Positions 7,011-13,751 of a stretch of DNA of 13,751 nt are shown here, in pieces. The DNA is from Candidatus Eiseniibacteriota bacterium. GTDB taxonomy: Bacteria > Eisenbacteria > RBG-16-71-46. The notes beneath the pieces were generated by a model. It saw only the letters and a list, made by a program, of their open reading frames with translations. It did not search any database and had not been told where the DNA came from. The stretch is from NCBI GenBank assembly GCA_044223005.1, contig JBGAML010000032.1, positions 1-13,751 on the forward strand. Direction: 5' to 3'. A program made the translations under genes and the position numbers. Position 1 is the stretch's first letter, and every line of letters begins with the position of its first letter.

Positions 7011-7785
7011 TCTGATCTCCCTTCCGCACGAGTGGGATCACCACCGACTGGGTCTGCCCTTCCGCCGTGATGTTCACGATCACGCCATCGCGCTTCAGGC
7101 CCTCGACGTAGCCGTTCTGGACCTTGTCACCCTTGCGAAGCACGAAGCTGTTCCCGCGTACGTCCTCGACCAGCGCGAACTGGTCGGTCGGACCCCACAC
7201 GATGCCCACGACCTTGATGCCGCCCGGGTCCGGGGGCGCGTCGCCGCCGACGTCGGCGCCGACGAACTGGCCGTCCACGAGGGACTGGAACGGATCGCGG
7301 CGGCCGAGCGCGTTGTACTGGTACGTCAGGTGATCGTCGAGATGGACACCGGGCGCCGGAGCGGACGACACCTGCGAGACGGGCTGGGTGATCGGCGCAC
7401 CGGAGCCGTTCACCGACGCCGCGTGCACCGTGTTGTTCGCCGCATTCGCGGCCACGGCGTTCGCGTTCGCCGGGTTGCCCTTGGCGTTCGCCTTGTTGTT
7501 GAGGTTGTTGTTGTTCGCATTCGCCACGTTGGCCGCGTTCGCCGGAGCGTTCGGCTGTGCGTTCGCCGCCGGAGCGGCGTTCGCGTTCGCCGGAGCGGCG
7601 GGACGCACCGGGGCCGCCGTCGTGACGGCGACGCCGTTGTCGTTCGACGCGTTCGGGTGCGTCAGCATCTTGAAGCCCGCGAACGCGCCCGCGACGGCCA
7701 GTACGACCAGGAACCCGATCACGCGACCGATGACGGTACGCATGATCGACTGGCCGATCTTCGCGAGGAAATCGTTACCGGCCAT
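7000..7785 (-). CDS. pilP: PilP-like alignment-complex protein with N-terminal TM segment and Ala/Asn/Pro-rich linker
   Basis: Lies between pilO and pilQ. Y...GRRDPF motif followed by IKVVGIVWG...ALVED..G.SFVLRKGDKV.NG.V, a PilP beta domain. No cysteine. Confidence 0.8.
   Translation of the reverse strand: MAGNDFLAKIGQSIMRTVIGRVIGFLVVLAVAGAFAGFKMLTHPNASNDNGVAVTTAAPVRPAAPANANAAPAANAQPNAPANAANVANANNNNLNNKANAKGNPANANAVAANAANNTVHAASVNGSGAPITQPVSQVSSAPAPGVHLDDHLTYQYNALGRRDPFQSLVDGQFVGADVGGDAPPDPGGIKVVGIVWGPTDQFALVEDVRGNSFVLRKGDKVQNGYVEGLKRDGVIVNITAEGQTQSVVIPLVRKGDQNVR
7455..7593 (-). repeat. Low-complexity coding repeats in the pilP linker
   Basis: Exact 19-nt repeat cggcgttcgcgttcgccgg at 7455-7473 and 7575-7593 (encoding PANANA), plus short gtt runs near 7495-7515 encoding poly-Asn. 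Confidence 0.75.
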
Positions 7786-8395
7786 TGGCGGCTCCCTTCT
7801 TCGTGTCCGGCGCCGGCGCGACAGGCGTCGTGTTGAGGCTGTAGGCCGACGCGACGAACTCGGCGGAGGTCGTTCCGTCGTCCTGCTTGTTGTTGGTCGC
7901 GAGGTGCAGGTTGGACACCGTCACGATCCGGCGCAGGTTGGCCAGTTCCGCGAGGAACGAGCCGACGTTGTGGTACGGGCCCGTCACCGAGATCTGCACC
8001 GGCAACTCGGTGTGGTACTGCTGCGTGACCTGGCCGCCGGGCTTGAACATCACGAACTGCACGCCCGACTGCTGGCCGGCCAGCGTGATCTTGCGGAGCA
8101 GCGTCGACAGCTGCCGATCCGTCGGCAGCAGTTCGGCGGCCAGCTCCCAGCGCTGGTGCAGCTGCTCGTACTCGGCCTCGAAGCGCGGCAGGTCCGCCAC
8201 CGACGCGCGGGCGCGCGCCAGCTCCGAGGACTTCTTCTCGTAGTCCGCGCGCAGCGTGCTGATCTGCTCGCGTCCGTTCGGGAACCCGAACGGCATCAGG
8301 TGCGTGAAATAGAAGACGCCCAGCGCCGAGGCCGCGACGAGGATCGCGAGACTCAGCTTCTGCACCGCCGGGCTCTTGATGTCGATGTTCGCCAT
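7775..8395 (-). CDS. pilO: Type IV pilus assembly protein PilO
   Basis: N-terminal TM, coiled coil, LLPTDRQLSTLL..I...G..SG, Y.ELPV.I.V.GPYH.VG.FL..LA.L.RIV.V.NL. Confidence 0.93.
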   Translation of the reverse strand: MANIDIKSPAVQKLSLAILVAASALGVFYFTHLMPFGFPNGREQISTLRADYEKKSSELARARASVADLPRFEAEYEQLHQRWELAAELLPTDRQLSTLLRKITLAGQQSGVQFVMFKPGGQVTQQYHTELPVQISVTGPYHNVGSFLAELANLRRIVTVSNLHLATNNKQDDGTTSAEFVASAYSLNTTPVAPAPDTKKGAANGR

Positions 8396-8407
8396 GTCCG
8401 CTGCCTC

Positions 8408-8980
8408 CTAGTTGGCGCTTTCGTCCGGCGTCACCTGGCAGGTGAGGCGGAACTTGACGACTGACTTGTCGGTCACGGCGCCCTTCTCCGCGACCTCCAG
8501 CTCGACCTTCGCGAACATCGGGGAGCGCTCGAGGCGCGCCATGAAGTCCGAGACGACGAGGTTGGAATAGGTGACCCCCTCCAGCGAGAGGGCACCCGAC
8601 GCATCCTGCGTCGCTCCCGTCAGCCAGAGGTGGTCCGGAACGCACTTGGCGAGCTCATCCATGAGTCGAACGCTCTGGGTGCGTCCCTTTTCGAGCTTCC
8701 CGATGATGCCCATGCGCAGGTCGAGCTCGGCGCGTTCCTGCGCGAGCTGGTTGACGCGGGCGATCTGCGGCGCGAGCGCGCGGGCTTCGTTGTCCACCTG
8801 CGCGATCGAGCCCTGCAGTCCGTGGATCGCGGACCGCTGCGAAACGACCGTGCCCGCGATGACCAGTGCCGCGAGTCCGACGACCGTGACCGGGAGGACC
8901 ATGTCCCCCAGCTTGAAGTCGATCGAGACCGCCTTGCGCTGGGACTTTTCCTCGCGCGGCAGGAGATTGACGCGAATCAT
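8408..8980 (-). CDS. pilN: Type IV pilus assembly protein PilN
   Basis: MIRVNLLP (PilM-binding INLLP motif), TM, coiled coil, L....VPD.LWLT, L.G...SN..VSDFM..LE.SP.F..V. ATGA overlap with pilM. Confidence 0.93.
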   Translation of the reverse strand: MIRVNLLPREEKSQRKAVSIDFKLGDMVLPVTVVGLAALVIAGTVVSQRSAIHGLQGSIAQVDNEARALAPQIARVNQLAQERAELDLRMGIIGKLEKGRTQSVRLMDELAKCVPDHLWLTGATQDASGALSLEGVTYSNLVVSDFMARLERSPMFAKVELEVAEKGAVTDKSVVKFRLTCQVTPDESAN

Positions 8981-10032
8981 TTCTTGTCCCCCTGTCGGCG
9001 CAACGCCAGCCCGATACCCACCGTGAGAAGGGGCGCCACCTTCATCACGTCCTGGCCCGCGAACAGGGCCGGGTCGTACTGCACGCGCTGGAGCGGATTG
9101 ACGATCTCCGTCGGCACGTTGAAACGCTTCCCGAGGAACTCGGGCAGCCCCGGCGTCAGAGAGCTGCCGCCGCAGAGCATGATCCGGCTGATCGCGCCCG
9201 CCTCGCCCGCCGTGCGCAGGTACGCCTGCGCGCGCTCGAGGGCGGTCGCGACGCCTTCGCAGGCCTGCTCGATGACGGGCGTCACCTCGAGCCCCGGTCC
9301 GGACTCGCCGCGCACCGCGGCGGCGGCCTCCGACTGGCTCAGGTTGAACTTGCGCTGCACCGCCTCGGTGAAGGTGTTGCCGCCGACCTGGAGGTCCTTG
9401 GTGAAGTACGGCACACCCGCCTGCACGATGTTGATGTTGGTCATCTCCGATCCGACGTTCAGGATCGCGATGACCTCGTCGGAGCCGAAGTCGTAGTTGG
9501 CTTCGATCGCGTTCTGGGCCGCGAAGGAGTCGACGTCCACGATGCTCGGCTGCAGGCCGGCCTCGCGGATCAGGTCGCTGAAGGACATCACCATGTCCTT
9601 CTTCGCCGCGACCAGGAGCACCTGCATCTGCTTCGGGTCGGCGGGCGCGGTGCCCAGGATCTCGAAGTCGAGCGACACGTCGTTGATGTCGTACGGGACG
9701 TGCTGCTCGGCTTCCCAGTAGATCGCCTGCTCCGCGTCGTCCGCGGAGAGCTTGTTCATGATGATCTTCTTCACGATCACGGCGCGCCCGCTGACCGCGG
9801 CCACCACGTTGCGCGACCGGATGCCGCGCGACTCGAGGAGGTTCGAGATCGCGTCCGTCACCAGCTGACGGTCCATGATTTCGCCGTCCACGATCGCTTC
9901 GGCGAGGGGCTGCGAGACGCCCCAGTTCGTGAGTCGGTAGGTCTTGTTGGCCTGAGCCTCGAGCTCCACCACCTTGACGCTGTGGCTGCCGATGTCCAGG
10001 CCGACGAGCGACTGCTTCTTGCCGAAGAGCAT
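8977..10032 (-). CDS. pilM: Type IV pilus assembly protein PilM (actin-like/FtsA-like)
   Basis: Start corrected to ATG 10032 (GGAG 8 nt upstream). VGLDIGSHSVKVVEL, VSG.AVIVKKI, EAEQHVPY...V.LDF, VLLVAAKK, AGL.P.IVDVD.FA, GG..FT, LCGG.S..PGL, GLALR. Confidence 0.95.
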   Translation of the reverse strand: MLFGKKQSLVGLDIGSHSVKVVELEAQANKTYRLTNWGVSQPLAEAIVDGEIMDRQLVTDAISNLLESRGIRSRNVVAAVSGRAVIVKKIIMNKLSADDAEQAIYWEAEQHVPYDINDVSLDFEILGTAPADPKQMQVLLVAAKKDMVMSFSDLIREAGLQPSIVDVDSFAAQNAIEANYDFGSDEVIAILNVGSEMTNINIVQAGVPYFTKDLQVGGNTFTEAVQRKFNLSQSEAAAAVRGESGPGLEVTPVIEQACEGVATALERAQAYLRTAGEAGAISRIMLCGGSSLTPGLPEFLGKRFNVPTEIVNPLQRVQYDPALFAGQDVMKVAPLLTVGIGLALRRQGDKK

Positions 10033-10232
10033 GGGGTTCACTCCGTGAATGCGGTGCGGGTCCTGGATGCCGTTCCCGATGCTCCCGGCATCGGCACGTT
10101 CGTCCTCGACCATGTGTGCGTGGGGACGGGGCACGCCCCGCTCCGCCTGCCTCTAGTTCTTTCGACCCTTCGTCGGGTTTCCTGAAGTGCGTTCTTCACG
10201 GGGGATTGCATTCCGAATCCGTGGGGTCCCGC

Positions 10233-10997
10233 CTACCGGGCGGGGCGGACGATCACGACCGGGGTGCTCAGGCGATCCCGGGCCAGTTCGGCCCGGCCCG
10301 TCTCGATGGCCTTCTGGATGCGATCCAGTTCCCGTTCCGCCATTTCCCGCATGTAGGCGTTCGGGGACGACTGCAGGACGCCCCGCCACAGGACCCACGC
10401 CAGGGCGAGGTCGCCGGAGTTCTGGCGACAGAAGGCGGCGAACCGGCGGGCCACGTCCGGGTGCCCCGGCAGGTGGGCGGCGCGCTCGAAGTACTCGGCC
10501 GCGTGCGGCAGGTCCCGGCCGCCGGGCTTGACGTAATAGAGAAAGCCGAGTTCGAACGCGAGACGGCCGCTGGCCGGGTTCCGGTCGAGCCCCTTCATCA
10601 TGAGCTTCTCGGCGAGCGGGAAGTCCGCCCCCTCCTGCGCCAGCGCGAACGCCCCGAAGACGTAGGCGCTCTCGAAGCGGGGCGCGAGCGACGTCAGGAT
10701 GTCGAACACGTGGTAGAGGTGGACGAACTGGTTGTCCGTGTGGCGGTGCTCGCCGTAGTACTGCACCGCACGCAGCCACGCGAGGTCGGCGACCGTCTCC
10801 GCGTGACCGAGCGTCGCCGGCCCGAGCGAGCGGCCGGACGGGTAGTACGCGAGCTCCTGGAACGGCGCGGGGCGCGGCAGCGAGCGTGCCGACCACGCCG
10901 CGAGCTCGCAGGCCCCGGCGCCCAGCACCAGCGCCACCGCCCACGCCGCGAGCATGCGCACGCGCACGGGCCGCAGGCCGAGCACGGTGTCGCTCAC
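10233..10997 (-). CDS. Membrane-anchored TPR-like protein (PilG/XapA-like accessory of the pilin-associated ABC system)
   Basis: GTG at 10997 overlaps the permease stop (GTGA); an alternative ATG lies at 10955. N-terminal hydrophobic segment, ADLAWLRAVQYYG, and TPR-like helices (AEKLMMKGLDRNP...LAFELGFLYY...AAEYFERAA.LP). Confidence 0.7.
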   Translation of the reverse strand: MSDTVLGLRPVRVRMLAAWAVALVLGAGACELAAWSARSLPRPAPFQELAYYPSGRSLGPATLGHAETVADLAWLRAVQYYGEHRHTDNQFVHLYHVFDILTSLAPRFESAYVFGAFALAQEGADFPLAEKLMMKGLDRNPASGRLAFELGFLYYVKPGGRDLPHAAEYFERAAHLPGHPDVARRFAAFCRQNSGDLALAWVLWRGVLQSSPNAYMREMAERELDRIQKAIETGRAELARDRLSTPVVIVRPAR

Positions 10998-11758
10998 TTG
11001 AAGTCCCTCGACTCGAACGCCGCCGTCGCCAGCGCGAGCACGCCGCCGCAGTAGAGCAGCGCGTACGCCGTCGCCACGCCGAGGTGCACGGCCGTGGTGG
11101 GATCGCCCGCCGCCGCGAGCGCGCGCATGTTGAAGAGCGGCAGGTTCGGCAGCAGGTTCGCGAATGTCTCGAGCATGACCTTGAGCGTGCCCGGCGCCTT
11201 CGCCGCGAACATCCGCAGGTCGTCGCACCACTGCCCCGCGAGGAACACGCCGAGCGTGTAGAGCGCCGACAACACCGGCGTCGACAGTGCCGAGAACATG
11301 ACCGCGAGCGCCGTGACCACCGTCAGCTCGAGGCCCGCGAGGTACACGGCCTGCGCGAGCGAGAGCCACTGCCCGCCGTGCCCGAGCACGGTGACGACCA
11401 GCCCGAGCGCCACGCCGAGCACGGCCGCGACCGTCCACAGCGCGAGCGAGAGCCCGGCCCACTTGCCGAGCAGGTAGACCGGCCGCGCGATCGGGCGCGA
11501 AAGCAGGTTGAAGATCGTGCGCCGCTCGATCTCCTTGGCGACGAGGCTCGTGCCCACCATCAGCACCACGAGCAGGCCCAGGAACGTGATCGAGGAGAGC
11601 CCGAGGTCCACGGTGAGCCGCAGCCCCTCGCCCATCGCCAGCGGCCGCGCCACTTGCGTGAGCGCGAGCAGCACGAGCCCGGCGACGACCATGCCGGCGA
11701 GCACGCGGTCGCGGATCGCCTCGCGGAACGTGTTCTGCGCGATCAGGGCCGCGTTCAT
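10994..11758 (-). CDS. ABC-2-type transporter permease (PilI-like), 254 aa
   Basis: Start corrected to ATG 11758 (ATGA overlap, GGAGG RBS). IA.NTFREAIRDR, KEIERRTIF.LLSRPI.R..YLLGKW.G, about 6 TM segments, ends FESRDFK. Confidence 0.88.
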   Translation of the reverse strand: MNAALIAQNTFREAIRDRVLAGMVVAGLVLLALTQVARPLAMGEGLRLTVDLGLSSITFLGLLVVLMVGTSLVAKEIERRTIFNLLSRPIARPVYLLGKWAGLSLALWTVAAVLGVALGLVVTVLGHGGQWLSLAQAVYLAGLELTVVTALAVMFSALSTPVLSALYTLGVFLAGQWCDDLRMFAAKAPGTLKVMLETFANLLPNLPLFNMRALAAAGDPTTAVHLGVATAYALLYCGGVLALATAAFESRDFK

Positions 11759-12816
11759 GCCGACCTCCGTTCCTTCGGCGCCGTGTAGGCGGAGCCCTCC
11801 GCCGCGGCCATGAACAGTTCCTCGAGCGTGTTGCGCTGCGGCGTGACCGCGCGCACTTCGATCCGCTGCTGCACGAAGTGCGCGAGCACCTCCTGCAGGC
11901 GCGACTCGTCGGTGAGCGTGAAGACGGCGCCCTCGGGGCGCTGCGTGCGCTGGAGCACGCCCTGCCACGCGACGGGCAGCTCGACGAGCGGCGAACCGGA
12001 GACGCGGATCTCGACCGCGCGCGCGCGGCCGTTCACCAGCTCGCCCACGGTCGCCACGCGCTCGAGCTTGCCGCGCAGCACGATCGCGACGCGGTCGCAC
12101 AGCGCCTCGACGTCCGGCAGGATGTGCGACGAGAACATCACCGTGACGCCGCGCTCGCGCTGCTCGAGGATCAGGTCGCGCACGTCGCGACGGCCGAACG
12201 GGTCGAGCCCGCTCATGGGCTCGTCCAGGATCACCAGCTTCGGCGCGTGCACCAGCGCGGCCGCGAGGCCGAGCCGCTGCAGCATGCCCTTGGAGTACTT
12301 GCGCAGCAGCTGCCGCGAGCGCTCGCCCAGGCCGACGCGGCCGAACCACTCGCGCGCGGCCTTCGTCGCGTCGTGGCCCGGCAGGCCCGAGAGGCGTGCG
12401 ACGAACTCCAGGTATTCGACGCCCGTCAGGTAGTCGTAGAAGTAGGGCTGTTCCGGCAGGAAGCCGAGCGACCGCCGGCTCTCGACGCGGTCGATCGGTT
12501 CGCCCATCAGCCATGCGCGGCCGCTCGTGGGCTTGAGCAGGCCGGTCAGGATCTTGAGCGTCGTCGTCTTGCCCGCACCGTTCGGCCCGAGATAGCCGAA
12601 CACTTCGCCCCGCCGCACGGCGAGGTCGAGATGGTCGAGTCCGACCGTGGTCTTCAGCGACCAGTTGCCGCGATAGACCTTGGTCAGTCCCTCGATGCGG
12701 ACGGCGTCCCTGTCGGTCCGGGCGTCCTGCACGCCTTCCGAACCGCTCACCGGCTGGTTTGCAACCGGAGCGGCAGAAGACTGCACGGCGTCCCGGGAAG
12801 GCGACTCAGCGGTCAT
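11755..12816 (-). CDS. ABC transporter ATP-binding protein (PilH-like)
   Basis: Walker [11 protein letters not shown]-loop LPEQ, signature YSKGMLQR, Walker B ILDEP, H-loop SSHIL, C-terminal TLEELF. Start placed at ATG 12816 because the track's TTG start at 12894 lies inside the sigma54 box. Confidence 0.92.
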   Translation of the reverse strand: MTAESPSRDAVQSSAAPVANQPVSGSEGVQDARTDRDAVRIEGLTKVYRGNWSLKTTVGLDHLDLAVRRGEVFGYLGPNGAGKTTTLKILTGLLKPTSGRAWLMGEPIDRVESRRSLGFLPEQPYFYDYLTGVEYLEFVARLSGLPGHDATKAAREWFGRVGLGERSRQLLRKYSKGMLQRLGLAAALVHAPKLVILDEPMSGLDPFGRRDVRDLILEQRERGVTVMFSSHILPDVEALCDRVAIVLRGKLERVATVGELVNGRARAVEIRVSGSPLVELPVAWQGVLQRTQRPEGAVFTLTDESRLQEVLAHFVQQRIEVRAVTPQRNTLEELFMAAAEGSAYTAPKERRSA

Positions 12817-12889
12817 GGATGGGATCTTCCTGTGGGGCTTGCGATTGGGCCGTTGGGGTCCGGCCGGCATCAGGCCGCGCGTGCCGGAT

Positions 12890-12905
12890 TGCAATGGCCG
12901 TGCCG
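12890..12905 (-). promoter_or_regulatory. Sigma54 (RpoN) -24/-12 promoter
   Basis: Minus strand CGGCACGGCCATTGCA against the consensus TGGCACG-N4-TTGCW. Exact GG-N10-GC spacing, intergenic, oriented toward the ABC ATPase gene. Confidence 0.75.
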
Positions 12906-12939
12906 CGAAGCGGGAGATCTCACGCTTGCGGGCATTTCG

Positions 12940-12986
12940 GCGCCGCGGGGGCTGCGGCGCGGTCTCGCGCCGGGGACCGGCGCGAG
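12940..12986 (-). terminator. Tandem GC-rich hairpins directly after the pilin stop
   Basis: CTCGCGCCGG(12964-12973)/CCGGCGCGAG(12977-12986) is a 10-bp perfect stem, and GCGCCGC(12940-12946)/GCGGCGC(12954-12960) a 7-bp stem. There is no U-tract. Confidence 0.55.
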
Positions 12987-12995
12987 CGAGGAGGC

Positions 12996-13436
12996 CTAGT
13001 TGCCGTTCGAGAGGATGATGTAGCCGAAGTCGGTGGCCTTGCCGTGGCCGACGATCTGGTAGCGCTGGCTCGCCGAATCACCGTACGCGACGATCCCGGG
13101 CTTGCCGGAGGTCGCCAGCGGGACGGCCCACGTGCCCTGGTACTCGAACGCGTTGCCGTCGCCCGTGGTGCGATCGAACGGGTTCTTGAACAGCGTGGCG
13201 TTCATCGGCAGGCGCGACGCGATCGATGCGACCGAGTTCGGGTACACGCCGTCGTTGAGCACCGAGTAGTCCTCGGCGGCGAGCTGGAACGTGTGCATGT
13301 TCGACTTGGTCGCGCCTTCCTTGGCCCGGTCCTGCATCGCGATGAAGTTGGGGATCGCGATGGCGGCCAGGATGCCGATGATCACGACCACGATCATCAG
13401 CTCGATCAGCGTGAAACCTCGATCGGTGCGCTTCAT
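12996..13436 (-). CDS. pilA: Type IVa prepilin (PilA-like), 146 aa
   Basis: Short basic leader MKRTDRG, then FTLIELMIVVVIIGILAAIAIPNF (G-1/F+1 cleavage site, E5, P22). GAGGAG RBS. No cysteines. Confidence 0.92.
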   Translation of the reverse strand: MKRTDRGFTLIELMIVVVIIGILAAIAIPNFIAMQDRAKEGATKSNMHTFQLAAEDYSVLNDGVYPNSVASIASRLPMNATLFKNPFDRTTGDGNAFEYQGTWAVPLATSGKPGIVAYGDSASQRYQIVGHGKATDFGYIILSNGN

Positions 13437-13541
13437 CGAACACGCTCCTCGCTTCGTTGGAACCGTCCGCCGCCGGTGGGGATCGCCGGCTCGAGCCCGG
13501 TTCCGGGCACGGCGTTCTGCTCGTGGGGGGAACTGCGAGAC

Positions 13542-13571
13542 GAGGGGGCGGGGCCGGAGCCCCGCCCGCTC
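13542..13571 (-). terminator. Stem-loop after the upstream pilin
   Basis: Minus strand GAG-C-GGGCGGGGC-TCCG-GCCCCGCCC-C-CTC gives a 9-bp perfect core with a cUCCGg (UNCG) tetraloop, starting about 10 nt after the stop codon. There is no U-tract. Confidence 0.6.
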
Positions 13572-13580
13572 CTGTGCGTA

Positions 13581-13751
13581 CTACTGGCCGCTCGAGAGCA
13601 CCAGCGTCAGCTCGCCGGCCTTGCCGCGACCCGCGACCTGGTACTTCAGGTTGGCCGAGTCGCCGTACGCCGTGATGCCGGCCTTCGTCGAGCCGGTCTG
13701 CATCGTCGCCGTCCACGTGGCCTGGTCCACCCACGCGTTGCCCGTGCCGGT
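13581..13751 (-). CDS. C-terminal 56 aa of a second, paralogous type IV pilin (5' part outside the window)
   Basis: Manual translation TGTGNAWVDQATWTATMQTGSTKAGITAYGDSANLKYQVAGRGKAGELTLVLSSGQ* aligns with the C-terminus of the neighbouring pilin (TGDGNAFEYQGTW...KPGIVAYGDSASQRYQIVGHGKATDFGYIILSNGN). It is not in the supplied ORF track. Confidence 0.88.
   Translation of the reverse strand, partial: TGTGNAWVDQATWTATMQTGSTKAGITAYGDSANLKYQVAGRGKAGELTLVLSSGQ

Noticed and set aside
1063..7593. Short repeats as a CRISPR array or mobile-element ends
   Set aside because: The repeats at 1063-1130 and 7455-7593 are in-frame low-complexity coding sequence. There is no repeat-spacer periodicity, and no cas, transposase or integrase gene, tRNA or rRNA was recognised in the window.
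10150..10185. c-di-GMP-I (GEMM) riboswitch resemblance (GGAAACCC...GAAG GGTCGAAAG on the minus strand)
   Set aside because: The resemblance is only superficial. I could not build the P1/P2 architecture with the tetraloop-receptor motif by eye, so it would need an Infernal search.
10206..10222. Second sigma54-like site before pilM (minus strand CGGATTCGGAATGCA)
   Set aside because: The spacing is GG-N9-GC, whereas RpoN requires N10.
10233..12514. Extended ORFs 10233..11462 and 10994..12514, and alternative frame 10153..10944
   Set aside because: They overlap the permease or ATPase genes in other frames. The coupled starts at 10997 and 11758 explain the coding signal.
12996..13415. Electrically conductive 'e-pilin' interpretation (14 F/W/Y in 139 mature residues, about 10%)
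   Set aside because: Position 27 is Met and position 32 is Lys rather than aromatic, no cytochrome genes are in the window, and the aromatic-density criterion is itself disputed.
13505..13520. GGCACGGCGTTCTGC sigma54-like motif between the pilins
   Set aside because: It is on the plus strand (antisense to the genes) and has GG-N11-GC spacing.
182..13675. All plus-strand ORFs in the track (e.g. 5055..7070, 5080..6564, 11878..12999, 1562..2494)
   Set aside because: They are antisense shadows of well-supported minus-strand genes. The translations are Arg/Ala/Pro-rich or mirror-like with no family motifs, as expected in high-GC DNA with few stop codons.

Overview
GC-rich bacterial chromosomal window with every real gene on the minus strand, so the genes read from right to left. 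First come two tandem paralogous type IVa pilins (the first cut off by the window edge). A near-consensus sigma54 promoter follows, then a pilin-associated ABC ATPase / permease / TPR trio of the Myxococcus PilH-PilI-PilG / Geobacter Xap type. Next is pilM-pilN-pilO-pilP-pilQ, in which PilP has no Cys and looks membrane-anchored with a long Ala/Asn linker, and PilQ is short with no AMIN domains. Then come aroK and two translationally coupled envelope genes (a lipoprotein of possible DUF4292/LolB type and a LolA-like protein). The window ends with a second unit: rsmD-coaD-pta, an FmdB-type zinc-ribbon gene, and an ORF that is absent from the supplied track because it runs off the left edge (1056 to <1). 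By manual translation, that last ORF is an uninterrupted aconitase-family homologue in which all three [4Fe-4S] cysteines and the visible catalytic motifs are replaced. This candidate pseudo-aconitase, coupled to the zinc-ribbon gene, is the most notable finding. All family assignments are from motif recognition by eye; no database searches were run. Several starts in the supplied ORF track are over-extended and are corrected here.
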